From: Diadema antillarum
Taxonomy: Eukaryota
Reading direction: 5' to 3'
Length of the DNA: 64,000 nt
NCBI RefSeq assembly: GCF_040938485.1
Contig: NW_027271583.1
Coordinates: forward strand, 558,001 to 622,000
The position numbers and the translations under genes were made by a program. Positions within the stretch are counted from its first letter, which is position 1, and each line of letters starts with the position of its first letter. Below are positions 40,466-51,928 of the stretch, piece after piece. The notes beneath the pieces were generated by a model. The model was not told where the DNA came from and ran no database searches. It saw only the letters and a program-made list of their open reading frames with translations.

Positions 40466-40917
40466 GGGCATCTGTTCTGATTGATGAAGTAAGAATGCGT
40501 GTAGATGTGCCAAACAGTGAACAAACCACACAGTGAAAGCTGAGCATTTTATCATTTTACTTGCCTTTGTTTGGCACTAGTTGATGTTCAGAATATTTTA
40601 ATGTTGTGGACCAAGTATGGTCATATCTTCAGAGCTGTGTGCAAGGTTGTTCTGTCAGTACTTTGTGAGACATTATATTTTGGGGTGACTGTTGAATGTG
40701 TTGATGGCATTGATGACATACGGCAAGGGATGTTCCAACATATCTATTCTCTTCATATTAATTCTATATTATGTGCTGTGTGGAATGATTGTAGGTATGA
40801 TCCAGACATTATAGATATTGTATGTAACTGTGTAATCTGAAAAGAACCAAATTGTGCTGGTTTTTCTATCAGCAAGCTTAGTTTGCCTGATCTTTATATA
40901 TCTGCTTTCATTCTTGA

Positions 40918-41002
40918 CCTGTTGAGGATGAGTCCCAAGTATACTCGTGCAGGGGTCTGTGGGACATGCATGTTGTAGCAAAATCAGTCCGTCCTCAACG
41001 GG
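40918..41002 (-). mobile_element. 85-bp TTAA mini-MITE, copy 4 (target-site duplication decayed)
   Basis: CCTGTTGAGGATGAGTCCCAAGTATACTC...GTCCTCAACGGG. Confidence 0.8.
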
Positions 41003-44000
41003 TGAACTAAACAATCATATCGTTAAAATATGAGGACCAAGCTTCTTTTCAGCAGCGGCAGCAGCAGCAGTGTTCACAAGTGCAAACAAGACAACTGTAG
41101 AAAATTTGAATACTGCCCTCTTGTGTTGTGGCTTGTCCGTCGTCTTCCCTGGGCTCCCTCTCAACTTGTTCAGTTTGCCTTAAGTGGAGTAAAAGTGTTA
41201 GGAAATGCCAGGTCCAGCAAATGAAGATTCAGCCTTCAGAGGACCTCTCTGGGGGTAAAGAGGGATGACTGCAACTTTGGTTGATGATTTATTAAACCTC
41301 TGCTCTAGTTCCAGTGCTGATAGAGCCAAGTTTGTGCAGTTTTGTTGCAGTCATGCTGATTGAAAAAAAAAAAAACGAACAAACAGACAAAAACAAAGCC
41401 TTGTTCATGGATGATTCTAGATGGTCCTGCTCCATCTCTGCAAATGGTGCCAAAAGTAAGATTTTTTAAAAGTCAATTTTCCCACCTCCCCCCCCCCCCC
41501 CCCTTCATTTAAAAGGGGGAACTTTAAAAGGAAATTCTGGCAAACTATATAGAGTTAGAGGAAGTCAAAATGACTCAGATTTGAAAAGAAATTGAAATAG
41601 GAAGAAGAAAAAGCAAATAATGCAGATTTGAACCAAGTGTAACAAAATGTAAACCAGACCCATAAACTTATTCAAGACTCAATTGTGGCTAGGTGAGTTC
41701 GTTTGTTTGATATGATATCCTCAGTTACTGTTCGAAAACCATGTGACCGTTACATCGTTTTGCATTAAACTTCTCAGATTTTTTTTTTTTTTTTGCCTTT
41801 CTTGAGGTATCTCAAAGTTCTCTTCAGGATGTATGGTGTAAGTCATCTTTTGAGAAATTGATTGAATTAGATAAGAGACTCTTTCATGTGGAATTTGATG
41901 ATTCAAACTCTTGGTTTTCCAGTATAGATAGTAGAAATAAGGAGTATCATTTCAAAGATATATGTGGACAAGCCACCAACTTGCCCATTTGCAGGTGCCT
42001 GTAGAATGTGATGTAAAATTGTTTACTCTTGTTCAGTCTTGAATCTTATTTCTTGCATCAAAGTTTTATCTTTCCAGACACTGCCATCAATCAAAGCATT
42101 CTAAATGTTGTAAATCATCCACTATGCAGCAACAGTGACAGTAGCATTGATCAATTCTGCTCTTCAGTTGTCACCTTTTCCAAGGTGATGTGATATCTTT
42201 AGGTGACATGGACGTCTATAGGCCATGGAGTAAGAGCCAAGACTGTCATTAACTGAATTTCTTTCTTTTTCTCTTTCTCTTTTTTTCTCTCAATATGATG
42301 CCAGAAACAGCTTGACAAATCAAATTTGAATCTTACGCAGGGGTCAGACCATGTCTTGAAAATTGATGTGATAAAGGAGCTGGCATTGGCTAGCTAATTC
42401 AATTTACATACTTTCATGCTCTATATAAAGTGAAAAATGTTGCATTGTCACAGTTTTTGGGCAGGAATCTAGGGCTCCAAACTTTTTTTTTTTCATTTTA
42501 ACAGAATGCAAAGACAAAAAACAAAAACAAAACAACTTAATACTTTTGACATAAGAAGAGAGCAGAGATGCTTGAATATGGAAATGTAGAAGAAAGTTAT
42601 GATATTGCTTTAATCGGCATTACAAGTTTTTACAGCATTAGAAAATTACTTTGGAAACACAGCTGGTACAAACAAATTGTGTGAGTATGCATATTGAGGC
42701 AAAATATCTGTTTTTCACAAAATTAAATTTAAAGTCACACTGTATGTTTTGACTTGCAATAGTTCTGTTGTGTAGTCTTCAGTATGCACTTTCCAACACA
42801 AGGGAGGCTGATCATGGCATTGATTTCTACAAATGGTTCAATCCTTGTGAAGCAGAATTTTTAGTGTGCAGAGTCTGCTAATGATGTACCTGTGATCCTG
42901 TAAGAAAGTCGTTCTGTCAACAAAGATACTGAATGTAGGACTGGGAAGCAGAATGGGAAGAAAATTAGCTTTAACCAATTTCACGTAGGCAGAAGAGAAT
43001 ACAGATTCCCTGTGAGAGTTCAAGTGAGTTCATGCATACCTCGTGGATTTTCCCATTGAGTTTGGAAAGTAATGCATTCCTAGGATATTCTGTGAAATGT
43101 GTGCAAAATCAACATAAGACATTCTGAGCCGATTTGACATTTCTAATACTTCGGCACAATGCATCTTTGTCCGCGCATGAGGGAGAGATGGTCCGAGTTC
43201 GTCTGACCGACTGCAGCAGGTATGGGTGTAGACAGCATGGGAGTTGGAGGAGACAGTGCCTAGACTGTTGGGGTAGATTTTTGATCCTCGCTCAAGTGGC
43301 GCCCCAGTTGCAGGTGCCCATCTTTCTTCATTAGAAGAGGTGTGGAATGATGAGGGGCTGAAAGATAGGGAGGGGGTGATGCTTAGGGGGGCAAGCAAGA
43401 GGGGGCGTGTGGAAGAGTAAAGTAGGGGGTGGCCCACAATGGCTTGCATGTCCGTGGTATCTCCTGCGAAGCTCATCGTGTAGGCCTCCTTTTTGGACCA
43501 TTATGGTCATTAAGGGGAGTGGGGGTGTGTGGTGGTTGGGAGTGAAGGTTTCTTGTGAAAAAATTAGGTCAGGCCCCATTAAGGATTAAATGTAAGGGGC
43601 TCATCTACCTTGCTTTCTCAGGATTTAATCCTCTCTCAGGTGATGTTTTGAGGCTTTGAGTGAGTTGCAGAGGTGTATAATCAAGTTTAGAAGCCATGGG
43701 GCTGTCACTAAATGTATGTGAAAATCTCTCCTGAAGCCCGAGAAGATAAGTATTAGCCAGCCTTCTGTGGCAAATCTACTTTAATGTCCAGGAAAGGACA
43801 GTCTGTGTAAGTGAAATTTGGCAACATTGCCAAATGCATTTTAGACAGGGCCATGTATGTGTCAGCAGGTACGATCATTTCTTTCTTTCCTATAGTGTAC
43901 GTACGTACTATCAAAATTTGGCAGCTTAAATCACAACCAAAATCAAGATATTAGCAGTTTTTCTGGACCTTGTTTGTTAGTTTGTTTTGTGGACAGGCAC

Positions 44001-44122
44001 TGCTTTCACTGCAAAGTAGAACATGTTTTCATTGATACTTCAGTACAGCATGCCTGAGTGACCCTAATCTTTGAATCCTCCTTTCTCTCCTTTCTATGAA
44101 ACTGCACCTCCTAATTCTCTCT

Positions 44123-44359
44123 TAGTGTATACGCCAAAGATTTCGGTAGGTTTTTATTTTCACAAATTTCATGAGTCAGGTGCTATTCGCGAATTTAAAG
44201 ACACATGAAAATGTGGACTCTGATCCCACCCAATATGAATATGACGTGCACATGACATTTCTCTGTTCAGTACTGTACTCCATGATCGCGAATTTAACCA
44301 CTTGGGAAATCGTCGATTCATGAAAATGTAGATTCGCTAGATATATGGCATGTATGATA
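44123..44359. mobile_element. Degenerate TACTGTATACG-family MITE
   Basis: Both ends align by eye to the ends of the 46348 copy; CpG-decayed, different interior. Confidence 0.6.
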
Positions 44360-44564
44360 TTTCAATCACTTTTTGAAAAGGTTAGGATGGTCAAGTTTTA
44401 ACGAGTTATACTGTGTGTATATAATCTTAAGGCTTAAACCTTACTCTTTTAAAACATGTACAAAAGTGGAAATTCATTATTGCCTACTTTTTGTGGGTTT
44501 TGAGCTGAATGGTCACATACGGAGTTTTTTGTTTGTTTGTTTGTTTGTTTTTTGGTTTATGTGT

Positions 44565-44571
<7 letters not shown>

Positions 44572-44609
<38 letters not shown>
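44572..44609. repeat. (GT)n microsatellite
   Basis: Directly visible. Confidence 0.95.
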
Positions 44610-44612
<3 letters not shown>

Positions 44613-46347
44613 CACAATATTCTGTCTGTTTCTGTCTGTCTACAATTACCCATGACTGAATGAGTAGACTTCTCCAGCAGTGTTGGGGTGTAACCTCTTC
44701 TATGGACCTGCTGGTTCTACTTCCTTTAGATATTTTCTACTCTCCAGGATTAGAAATTGAAAAAAGAAGAAGTGAGTAATGAGTCACCTATTAAGGGAAT
44801 ATATGTTTGGCTTGTGATAGATGAATAGTCCAGGAGCTTCACTGATATCCCATCATGCTTTGCACATTGCCAAAACTCCATCCCCATCTTTGTTTTTCTT
44901 CCTCGCTTGTAAATATCGCGATTCCTGACGTTAATTGCTTCAGCTAGCTCGGGCACGGAGAGGTTGAGCTGATAAAGGTACCCAGCCGAGAACCTGCCAG
45001 CACCCCCAAAAAGTAATTAGAAAGCGAGAGTTTGTGCAGCTAACATGCTGGAATATTTGGGGATTTTGTTGCTTGTAGTTCAACTTCCAGGTACAAACCT
45101 GAATTCTCTATAAAACGAGAATGGAAAAAAAAAAAGGAATGAGAGAAAGAGAAGGAGAAGGAGAGAAAAAGGGAGGAGTAAGAGATGGAAAGGTAGGGAG
45201 GGACGGGAGAGAATTCTGCCTCATTAGCAAGCTGTCACCATCAACCAGTATCACAGGAACATTTGGTTTGTATTTTCCTGGAAATATGAAAAGGTCAGTT
45301 GCACTGTACTTTCACTTCACAGCTGACCTGATGAATCCTCACAGCACCAAATTTTGAACTTTAACCACCAGATTTTTTACTAGAGTACTGAAACAAGCAG
45401 GATTATATTGACATCCATTGAGAAAAAAAAAGTATATGATCATAAATGAGTTAAGTACACTCATATGAAGATGTTAAACTACTGAAAAGTCATTCCTACA
45501 AATACAAACACACATACAAAGGAATATTCTATGCTAGGTTCACTGAAGACTAGGGTTATGTTTCAAGAGGCCTGACCTAAGGTTTGTCATTTAAAGCAAC
45601 AACCAATGCATATGGACTGGAGTCCAGATATTGAATAAATAGCTTGTTACTTGGTCCTCTCAGTAGGAAGGACAAAAATCCTATAGAGTTAGGTATATAC
45701 CAGTAAACCAGGCTTTACTATGACTGTACTTGTCTTCTGTATCATGAGGATGTGTATGAGCATTTCGTGAAGCCCATTCTGTGCCAGGGAATTAGGACAG
45801 TGTGTGCAACATTATGGGGTTTTAAGTGCCAATCAGCACTTAAAGCACACAAAGAGTTAAAATGGCGACAACAAAGGCAAGGATAAGCCCTGCCCTTGAT
45901 CAAGAGCTAGATGTTTTCATTTTATGTATGAAAGCTGATGGCTGAGGTAATTCAGACATACTTGTGTCATTCAAGAAAACAAAGATTCAATATATAATGT
46001 GCTTTTATGATACACGTGTATATCTGATGACTTGAATTGTCTTTTCTCCTTTGAATTCAACTTATCATACCATTAAGTAACTCCCTAAGGTGTTTGTATT
46101 AATTTTCTTGCCACATCATGACCGATGACGAATTATTGTCATTTAATAACAGCAAGTTGTAATGTATGATAATCATGTATGTTTTGTCACAATGTTTTTC
46201 TTCACTGTATGTTTATAAATGTGATTATGTCACTCTCATTCAGTTGTTTGTGTGAAATTAGAACTTGTTTGCTAAATATTATGATTTACAACATTGAAAT
46301 GGTCATCAGGCTTTACACACAAGATTCCATGTGTTCAGACTTTCAAT

Positions 46348-46861
46348 TACTGTATACGCTATATATTTTGCGGGGGTTTTATTTTCGCGAATTTCGCGAG
46401 TCGGGAGCTATTCGCGAAATTAACAACACGCGAAAATATTACCTTCCAAAATGAATCCCTTGCCTTGATGATACGAACATTTCAGTACTAGCCATGTTAC
46501 GGCTTACCGAACAGACCGTACTGGCTAAGCTTGTTTACGCACGTCCACGTCTACTTACAAATACTGTAGAGAGCCAATCCATTATCGCAAGGGGACCACT
46601 CATCAGAAATCTAGCGCGATGGACTTAACCACTTCAAAAATGTTGAATTCTAACTTACTAGTTCGCAGAGTTTGGCAAGTCTTTTTCATGCGGTGTATAA
46701 CTAGTATCATTCTTATTTGCTAGTAAGTTGAAAATTCACACTTTCTTTGCCACTTCATATTTTCTCTGGTCCCCCAATCGCGAATTTAACCACTTGCGAA
46801 AATGTGTGACAGCGACAATTCGCGAAAATTTATGTACGCGAAAATTATAACGTATACAGTA
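46348..46861 (-). mobile_element. ~510-bp TACTGTATACG MITE, inverted relative to the 38574 copy
   Basis: Reverse complement of 38574-39082 over its whole length. Confidence 0.92.
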
Positions 46862-47070
46862 CTGTAAAACATGATATATTCGCGGCATGAAATTTTCGCA
46901 CATTGGAGCTGACGGCCTTTTTCGCGGCATGAAATTTTCGCGAATTGCCACTGGTATTCAATGCATATAGTGTAGACAAGAACTTTTGTATGCATTTTAA
47001 TGTCATGAATCTTGGCGCTCGCAAAATTTGCGAAATTAAAATGCATGCGAACATTCCTCGTTTTACATTA
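46860..47070 (+). mobile_element. ~210-bp TACTGTAAAAC MITE sharing its TA with the preceding element
   Basis: ...ATACAG-TA-CTGTAAAACATG...; same family as 32360. Confidence 0.88.
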
Positions 47071-47768
47071 ACTGCCTTATACTGTTCCAAATACAATGTG
47101 ACTTATTGTGGATGTGGGAAGAATCAAGAGGGACCCCTGCCATTACTCTGAACTCAACAGCAGTGTCGAGGAGAAGGTGTTTTGTGTTACATCCTCTCCT
47201 CCAAGTATAATGGGAGGGGGTTCAGCATGGTGGGATTAGGTGAGGACAGAGAAGCCCATACAAGGCAGTGACCCTGGATGGAAGAAGAGACGGGTCGCTC
47301 CCAATCAGGGCAGCTGTACATTTCAGTTCCGCGGCAACGAAGATGCAACCATGTGATGGAAACTAGTCTCTACATCAGGGAAAATGCTTGACTACCTTTC
47401 GTGCAAGAGTTGTGCTTTGTTTTGGCCCATTCTCTTTGTATGCATGCATGTATACACAGTTTTTGCCAGTCTAGGTATCCACACATTTATGCTGAAACTG
47501 TGAATTAATTTATCTATCTATTCCCTTATCTATCCATCTACATATTCGTATATCTATCTTTCTATCTATCTACTTATCTACCTATCTATTTGTTTATTGC
47601 TGTTCCTGTCAATCTTTTACTTGTTTGTATATAGTTGTAGTATCATTATTAATGTTATTATTAGAATGATTTATTTGGTAAAAACTTGCAAAACTGTAGC
47701 CCGAAGGCTGAAATACCGCATAAGTGAGTGAAATACATAAATAAAATACATACAAATAAAAAAATCTC

Positions 47769-47802
47769 CCTACCTACCTACCTACCTACCTACCTACCTA
47801 CC
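47769..47802. repeat. (CTAC)n microsatellite
   Basis: Directly visible. Confidence 0.9.
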
Positions 47803-48432
47803 CAGTGGTAGTCTATCTGTATTCCCACTTTTTGTGTTTTTCTAACCATATCATTACTAAATACTATCTCTTTGCAATATATATTCAGGAGAAGATTATT
47901 TGTATCTATGTAACTCTCCATCTCTGTTTGATATAGAATATGACCAAATCATTTTCGTCTTTTCTGCTGTCTGTCTCAGACCAAAGATTATCAAATACTT
48001 TTATTTTTTCCCATTGTTCTGTTTTTCTACTTAAGTCAAAGTTAGCAGTCCTGAGTTGTCAATAAGATGCTTTTTTTTCCACTTTCCCATGTGAATGAGT
48101 AGCTTCTTTGGAAGAAAATCATTAAGCCTGAGTATAGACTAGCCGTTCCTGACAGATCACTTATTCCAAGAAGGTCTAATAATTGATATCTCCCCTGAGG
48201 TAGGACCCTGAATGCAAGCAATGATTATGTTACTGTAGCTCAACAAGATGATTTCACACTCATCCATCAATCAGAGTTTTCACTGTTTATTTGGAAGTAG
48301 TGAGGCCTGGTGTGATATCCTTTAATCTCAATATACATTGTGCCATTTGTATTTATTTCCATGAAGGATCTACCTCCCCCTCCCTCTCTTTCTCTCTCTC
48401 TCTCTATTACCCCAACTCTTTTTTTCTCTCGC

Positions 48433-48473
<41 letters not shown>

Positions 48474-48646
48474 ATATATCTATCTCTCTTTTCATTTGTC
48501 TATTCATTTATCTGGCACTCAGTTAAATTGATATGCAGAAATGTTTTTACTTTATTTCTTTATCCTATTTAGTTATTACTATTTCAGTATGTTTTTGCAG
48601 TGCCCATTGAGGTCTGTAGGAACATGTATTAGAAAGTATATTAAAG

Positions 48647-48857
48647 TACTGTAAAACGAGGAATTTTCGCGTGCACTTTAATTTCACGAATTTCTTGAGC
48701 GCCAAGATTCGCGAAATTAAAATGCACCCGAAAGTCCTTGTTTACACTATTTGCATTGAACGCCAGTGGCACTTCGCGAAAATTTCGTGCCACAAAAAAG
48801 GCTATCGGTTCCAATTCGCGAAAAATTCATGCCGCGAATATATCATGCTTTACAGTA
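48647..48857 (-). mobile_element. ~210-bp TACTGTAAAAC MITE
   Basis: Reverse complement of the 32360 family, both TIRs present. Confidence 0.88.
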
Positions 48858-51765
48858 TGGTGCATGGAATAAGCGGGAAAAAAATGAATATGCTTATTCA
48901 AACACTTCTTCATTGGCAATTATCAACCCCCGAGCAGTGACGGCAAATGCTGTTCTGAGAGTGGTCACTTTTTAGTCAGGGAACTTACTCTTTGTTTGGT
49001 CAGATTATCATTTGTTTTAGTCTACAAATATTTTGGCATGATGAACTTCATTCTATGGTGGTCAGCTGTTTCTGTGTTGATCCCGCCTGTCGTAAAAGCT
49101 TAGAGCTTTGATTGATATGAAAATGTTTTGTTTACATCTCTTTATTGCTCACATAACAAGATTCTGTCCATCCTCTTTCTTTCTCTCTGTAGTATTTTTA
49201 GGGGGATGACAACGGGCATCATGTCATATTCATAAATGACTTGTGATGTCAGCTGCTAAATATCTCTAAGCCTTTGTTTATCCAATGAGTGAAATGTTTC
49301 CAATGCCAAATATTCTTATTCCCCAAAGCCACTGTTTTCTGAAGTTGCAGCAAGTGATAAAGAGATTATTTCCCACTCACCGACATTTCTGTCCCTTCCA
49401 TTATCATTGGCCAAATGAGAAAAAAAAAAACCAGTACTCAGCCATGGGCTGATTTGTTCATACAATGTAATCAATTATGAACAGAGAGAGTAAATGTGAG
49501 TAATCACAAACATTGTATCTAAAGTTTTCAATTGTGATTGTAGCATGTTAAAGACTAGAAGACTTCAGGGTTTTTTCAGTATTTAAAACATACTTCTGCA
49601 TAGACTTTCTGCTAAAAAGGTCACTTCTAGTTCCATCCAATGTTACTTCAGTTTTAGTGAATGGAGTCGATTAATGTCTGACAGGCATAGCAGAGATGAG
49701 ATAAAAGATGATATAGTACAGGAGAATGATAGTGAAATCAGTTAGACATGTCCTGCAAGAAAGATACTGTGTTGGAGTCCTAAGGGAGAAGTGATCACTT
49801 TTCCATTAGAACAGAATGCTTGATTTGAGGAATATTATGAGCCAATGATGAGGGGGTAATTGAACAAAAACAAACAAACAGACAATACTTACTTGAAAGA
49901 ACAGAAATGACACTCATACTGTTCTAGGTAAAAGTCTTCAGGCCAATTTCATAAATAAGAAGATACTAGTTGACTGTTGATAGTATTTCTTACTCTAAAT
50001 GTGCACAGAGCAGATCACCCCCGTTTTGAAATGTTAGCAGCCCAAATAGGCAAGCGAGATGATTGGATGGAGCTTTTCTTGTTTATGAATAGTCATGAGG
50101 AGGCTCCCTTTCATGCTTGTTTTCAGAATGTGGTCGGTGGAATGACTCATGAATAATTCATGACAAAGTGGTGCCAAGTTGTTGTCCTGTGACTGCTTCT
50201 CATTGCTCTGTGACTGAACTTTGTACTGTGGTGCATGTTCTTGTTACTGGTCACGTTGTTTGAAATGCTTCTTGAGCACACATCAAACTTGGAATAGTTC
50301 CATTATGGGCTGTGGGGGTACTCACAATTATGAAATATACAATGACCAAGTTACCTTCTGTTTCTTTTCTTTCCTTGTGGAGTTTCAGAGGGGAAAATCA
50401 TTTGTATCTGCCAAGTACTTTCTTGGCACCACCCCAAGAAAATTGAGCAAATATGCCAATAACACTAGCTGAGAGCAAAGTGTATTTGCAGCTCAAGATT
50501 TCTTTGTGTTCTTGTGAGGTTGTATAAATTGGGTCTTTGAGCACATGTGAATCTTGTTTAAATGTAGGCTCCTTCTTCTTATCATCATCAAATTTCTTCA
50601 GCTGTCCGGCCAGGGAAGCATTATCTTTAATTCAGTGACTTCTCTTGCCCTTTTTTTTTTTAAATTCTTCTTCTTCATCTCCTGCTTACTGGCAGTGACA
50701 CTGGTATTGTGTGAAGATGAAAACTTTTTCATTTACCGTTGTAGTATCACCCAGAGCATATATTTGCTTTCTCATGGGACGGGCTCTGCCAGTGTGAAGT
50801 TGCGCTTGTTTGCTTGCAGGCAAGTCACGGAGTCCTTGAGCTAGGTAGCATGCTAGCACTAGCACTGGCTGTTTAGCATCTCAGTAGCGACTTGGTGGTG
50901 ATGTTTGCTGACTGGTGGTAGATGCTCCGGACACCTCACAGGGCAGGCAGTAAGAGGACACAGATGTGGGCAGGATCTCTGTTGTTCATCTCAGTAAAGC
51001 ATCTATAGGTTCCTGCTGTGACTCCAGAGCCTGTATTCTCGTGGCTAGCAGAGAGCTTGGCTCCACTAGGAGCGGTGGCAGCATCCGAGGGTTGACTCGT
51101 GAGCAACTGGTCCCTCATCTCCATCTCCCCTCTCTCACTTTACTCTAACCCTGTCTCTCTCATTTTCTCTTCTTCCTCTCACCCCTACCTTCCTTCTTTG
51201 CCCTCTCATCCTCCATCTCGTCACTCGACCCCATCACATCTGCCGGACCGTGTTCTCTTCGAGTTTTGCTCCTCCCACTCGGGAGTGGATGTTGAAGTGA
51301 GGACAGAGAGGTTATGTTGGATGTTGTTCATTTAAGAGGAAATTGAAATCCGCCCTACTCACCATTTCCTCTGCAGTGGCAAGAGTATATTAGGCATTGA
51401 AGACGCAATGAGTATGGCTCTTGGGTCCTGCCAAGACCCCTGATTAAACGCTCCTAAGCAAAAAAATTTTGGTCTTGCTAATCAGGAGGTCTCGTGTGTA
51501 CTCGGAACAGCCACGAGGAATGTCGGTGGAATTAGTGGTTGAAGATTCCATGGAAGAAACCTCTTATGAACTTTTCAAGACTTTCAGTGTGGCATCAACA
51601 TTAATCCTCCTCAAGTCAAGCCTTGAATTACTGAAGACACCAAGGGTGATACCTACACTTTGGAGCAATAAGTGTGAGGTGGAAATCAGGTGGCATTGCC
51701 AGTTACAACGTGCTAGAGCCTCACATCTTTCTTTCTGCCACAAAAAAACAACAACAACAATTTGA

Positions 51766-51779
51766 GTTACCATGGCAAC
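51766..51779. promoter_or_regulatory. RFX X-box motif GTTACCATGGCAAC overlapping the putative start codon
   Basis: Matches RFX consensus; its central ATG is the ORF start at 51772. Confidence 0.5.
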
Positions 51780-51928
51780 TGTGATGAGTAGGAGGAGAGT
51801 GATTTTGCTAGCCTGTATCTACCTCTTGTTGGACTTCTCCCCGGCAGAAGGTAGTGGGAATAGAATGACCCTTCCAAGGTGGATGAGGAACATGATTCCT
51901 CAGTACAGATCTCCAAAAGCAGACAGAC
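51772..51928 (+). CDS. Putative first coding exon of a secreted protein: MATVMSRRRVILLACIYLLLDFSPAEG/SGNRMTLPRWMRNMIPQYRSPKADR, phase-1 donor
   Basis: ACCATGG start context. Signal peptide has a basic n-region (RRR), hydrophobic h-region (VILLACIYLLL) and A-x-G cleavage motif. Perfect GTAAGT donor at 51929. Downstream exon not identified. Confidence 0.7.

Noticed and set aside
42079-42184. Phase-1 open segment containing ...CSNSDSSIDQFC, reminiscent of TSP1 V.D..C
   Set aside because: AT-rich codons, wrong cysteine spacing, weak donor
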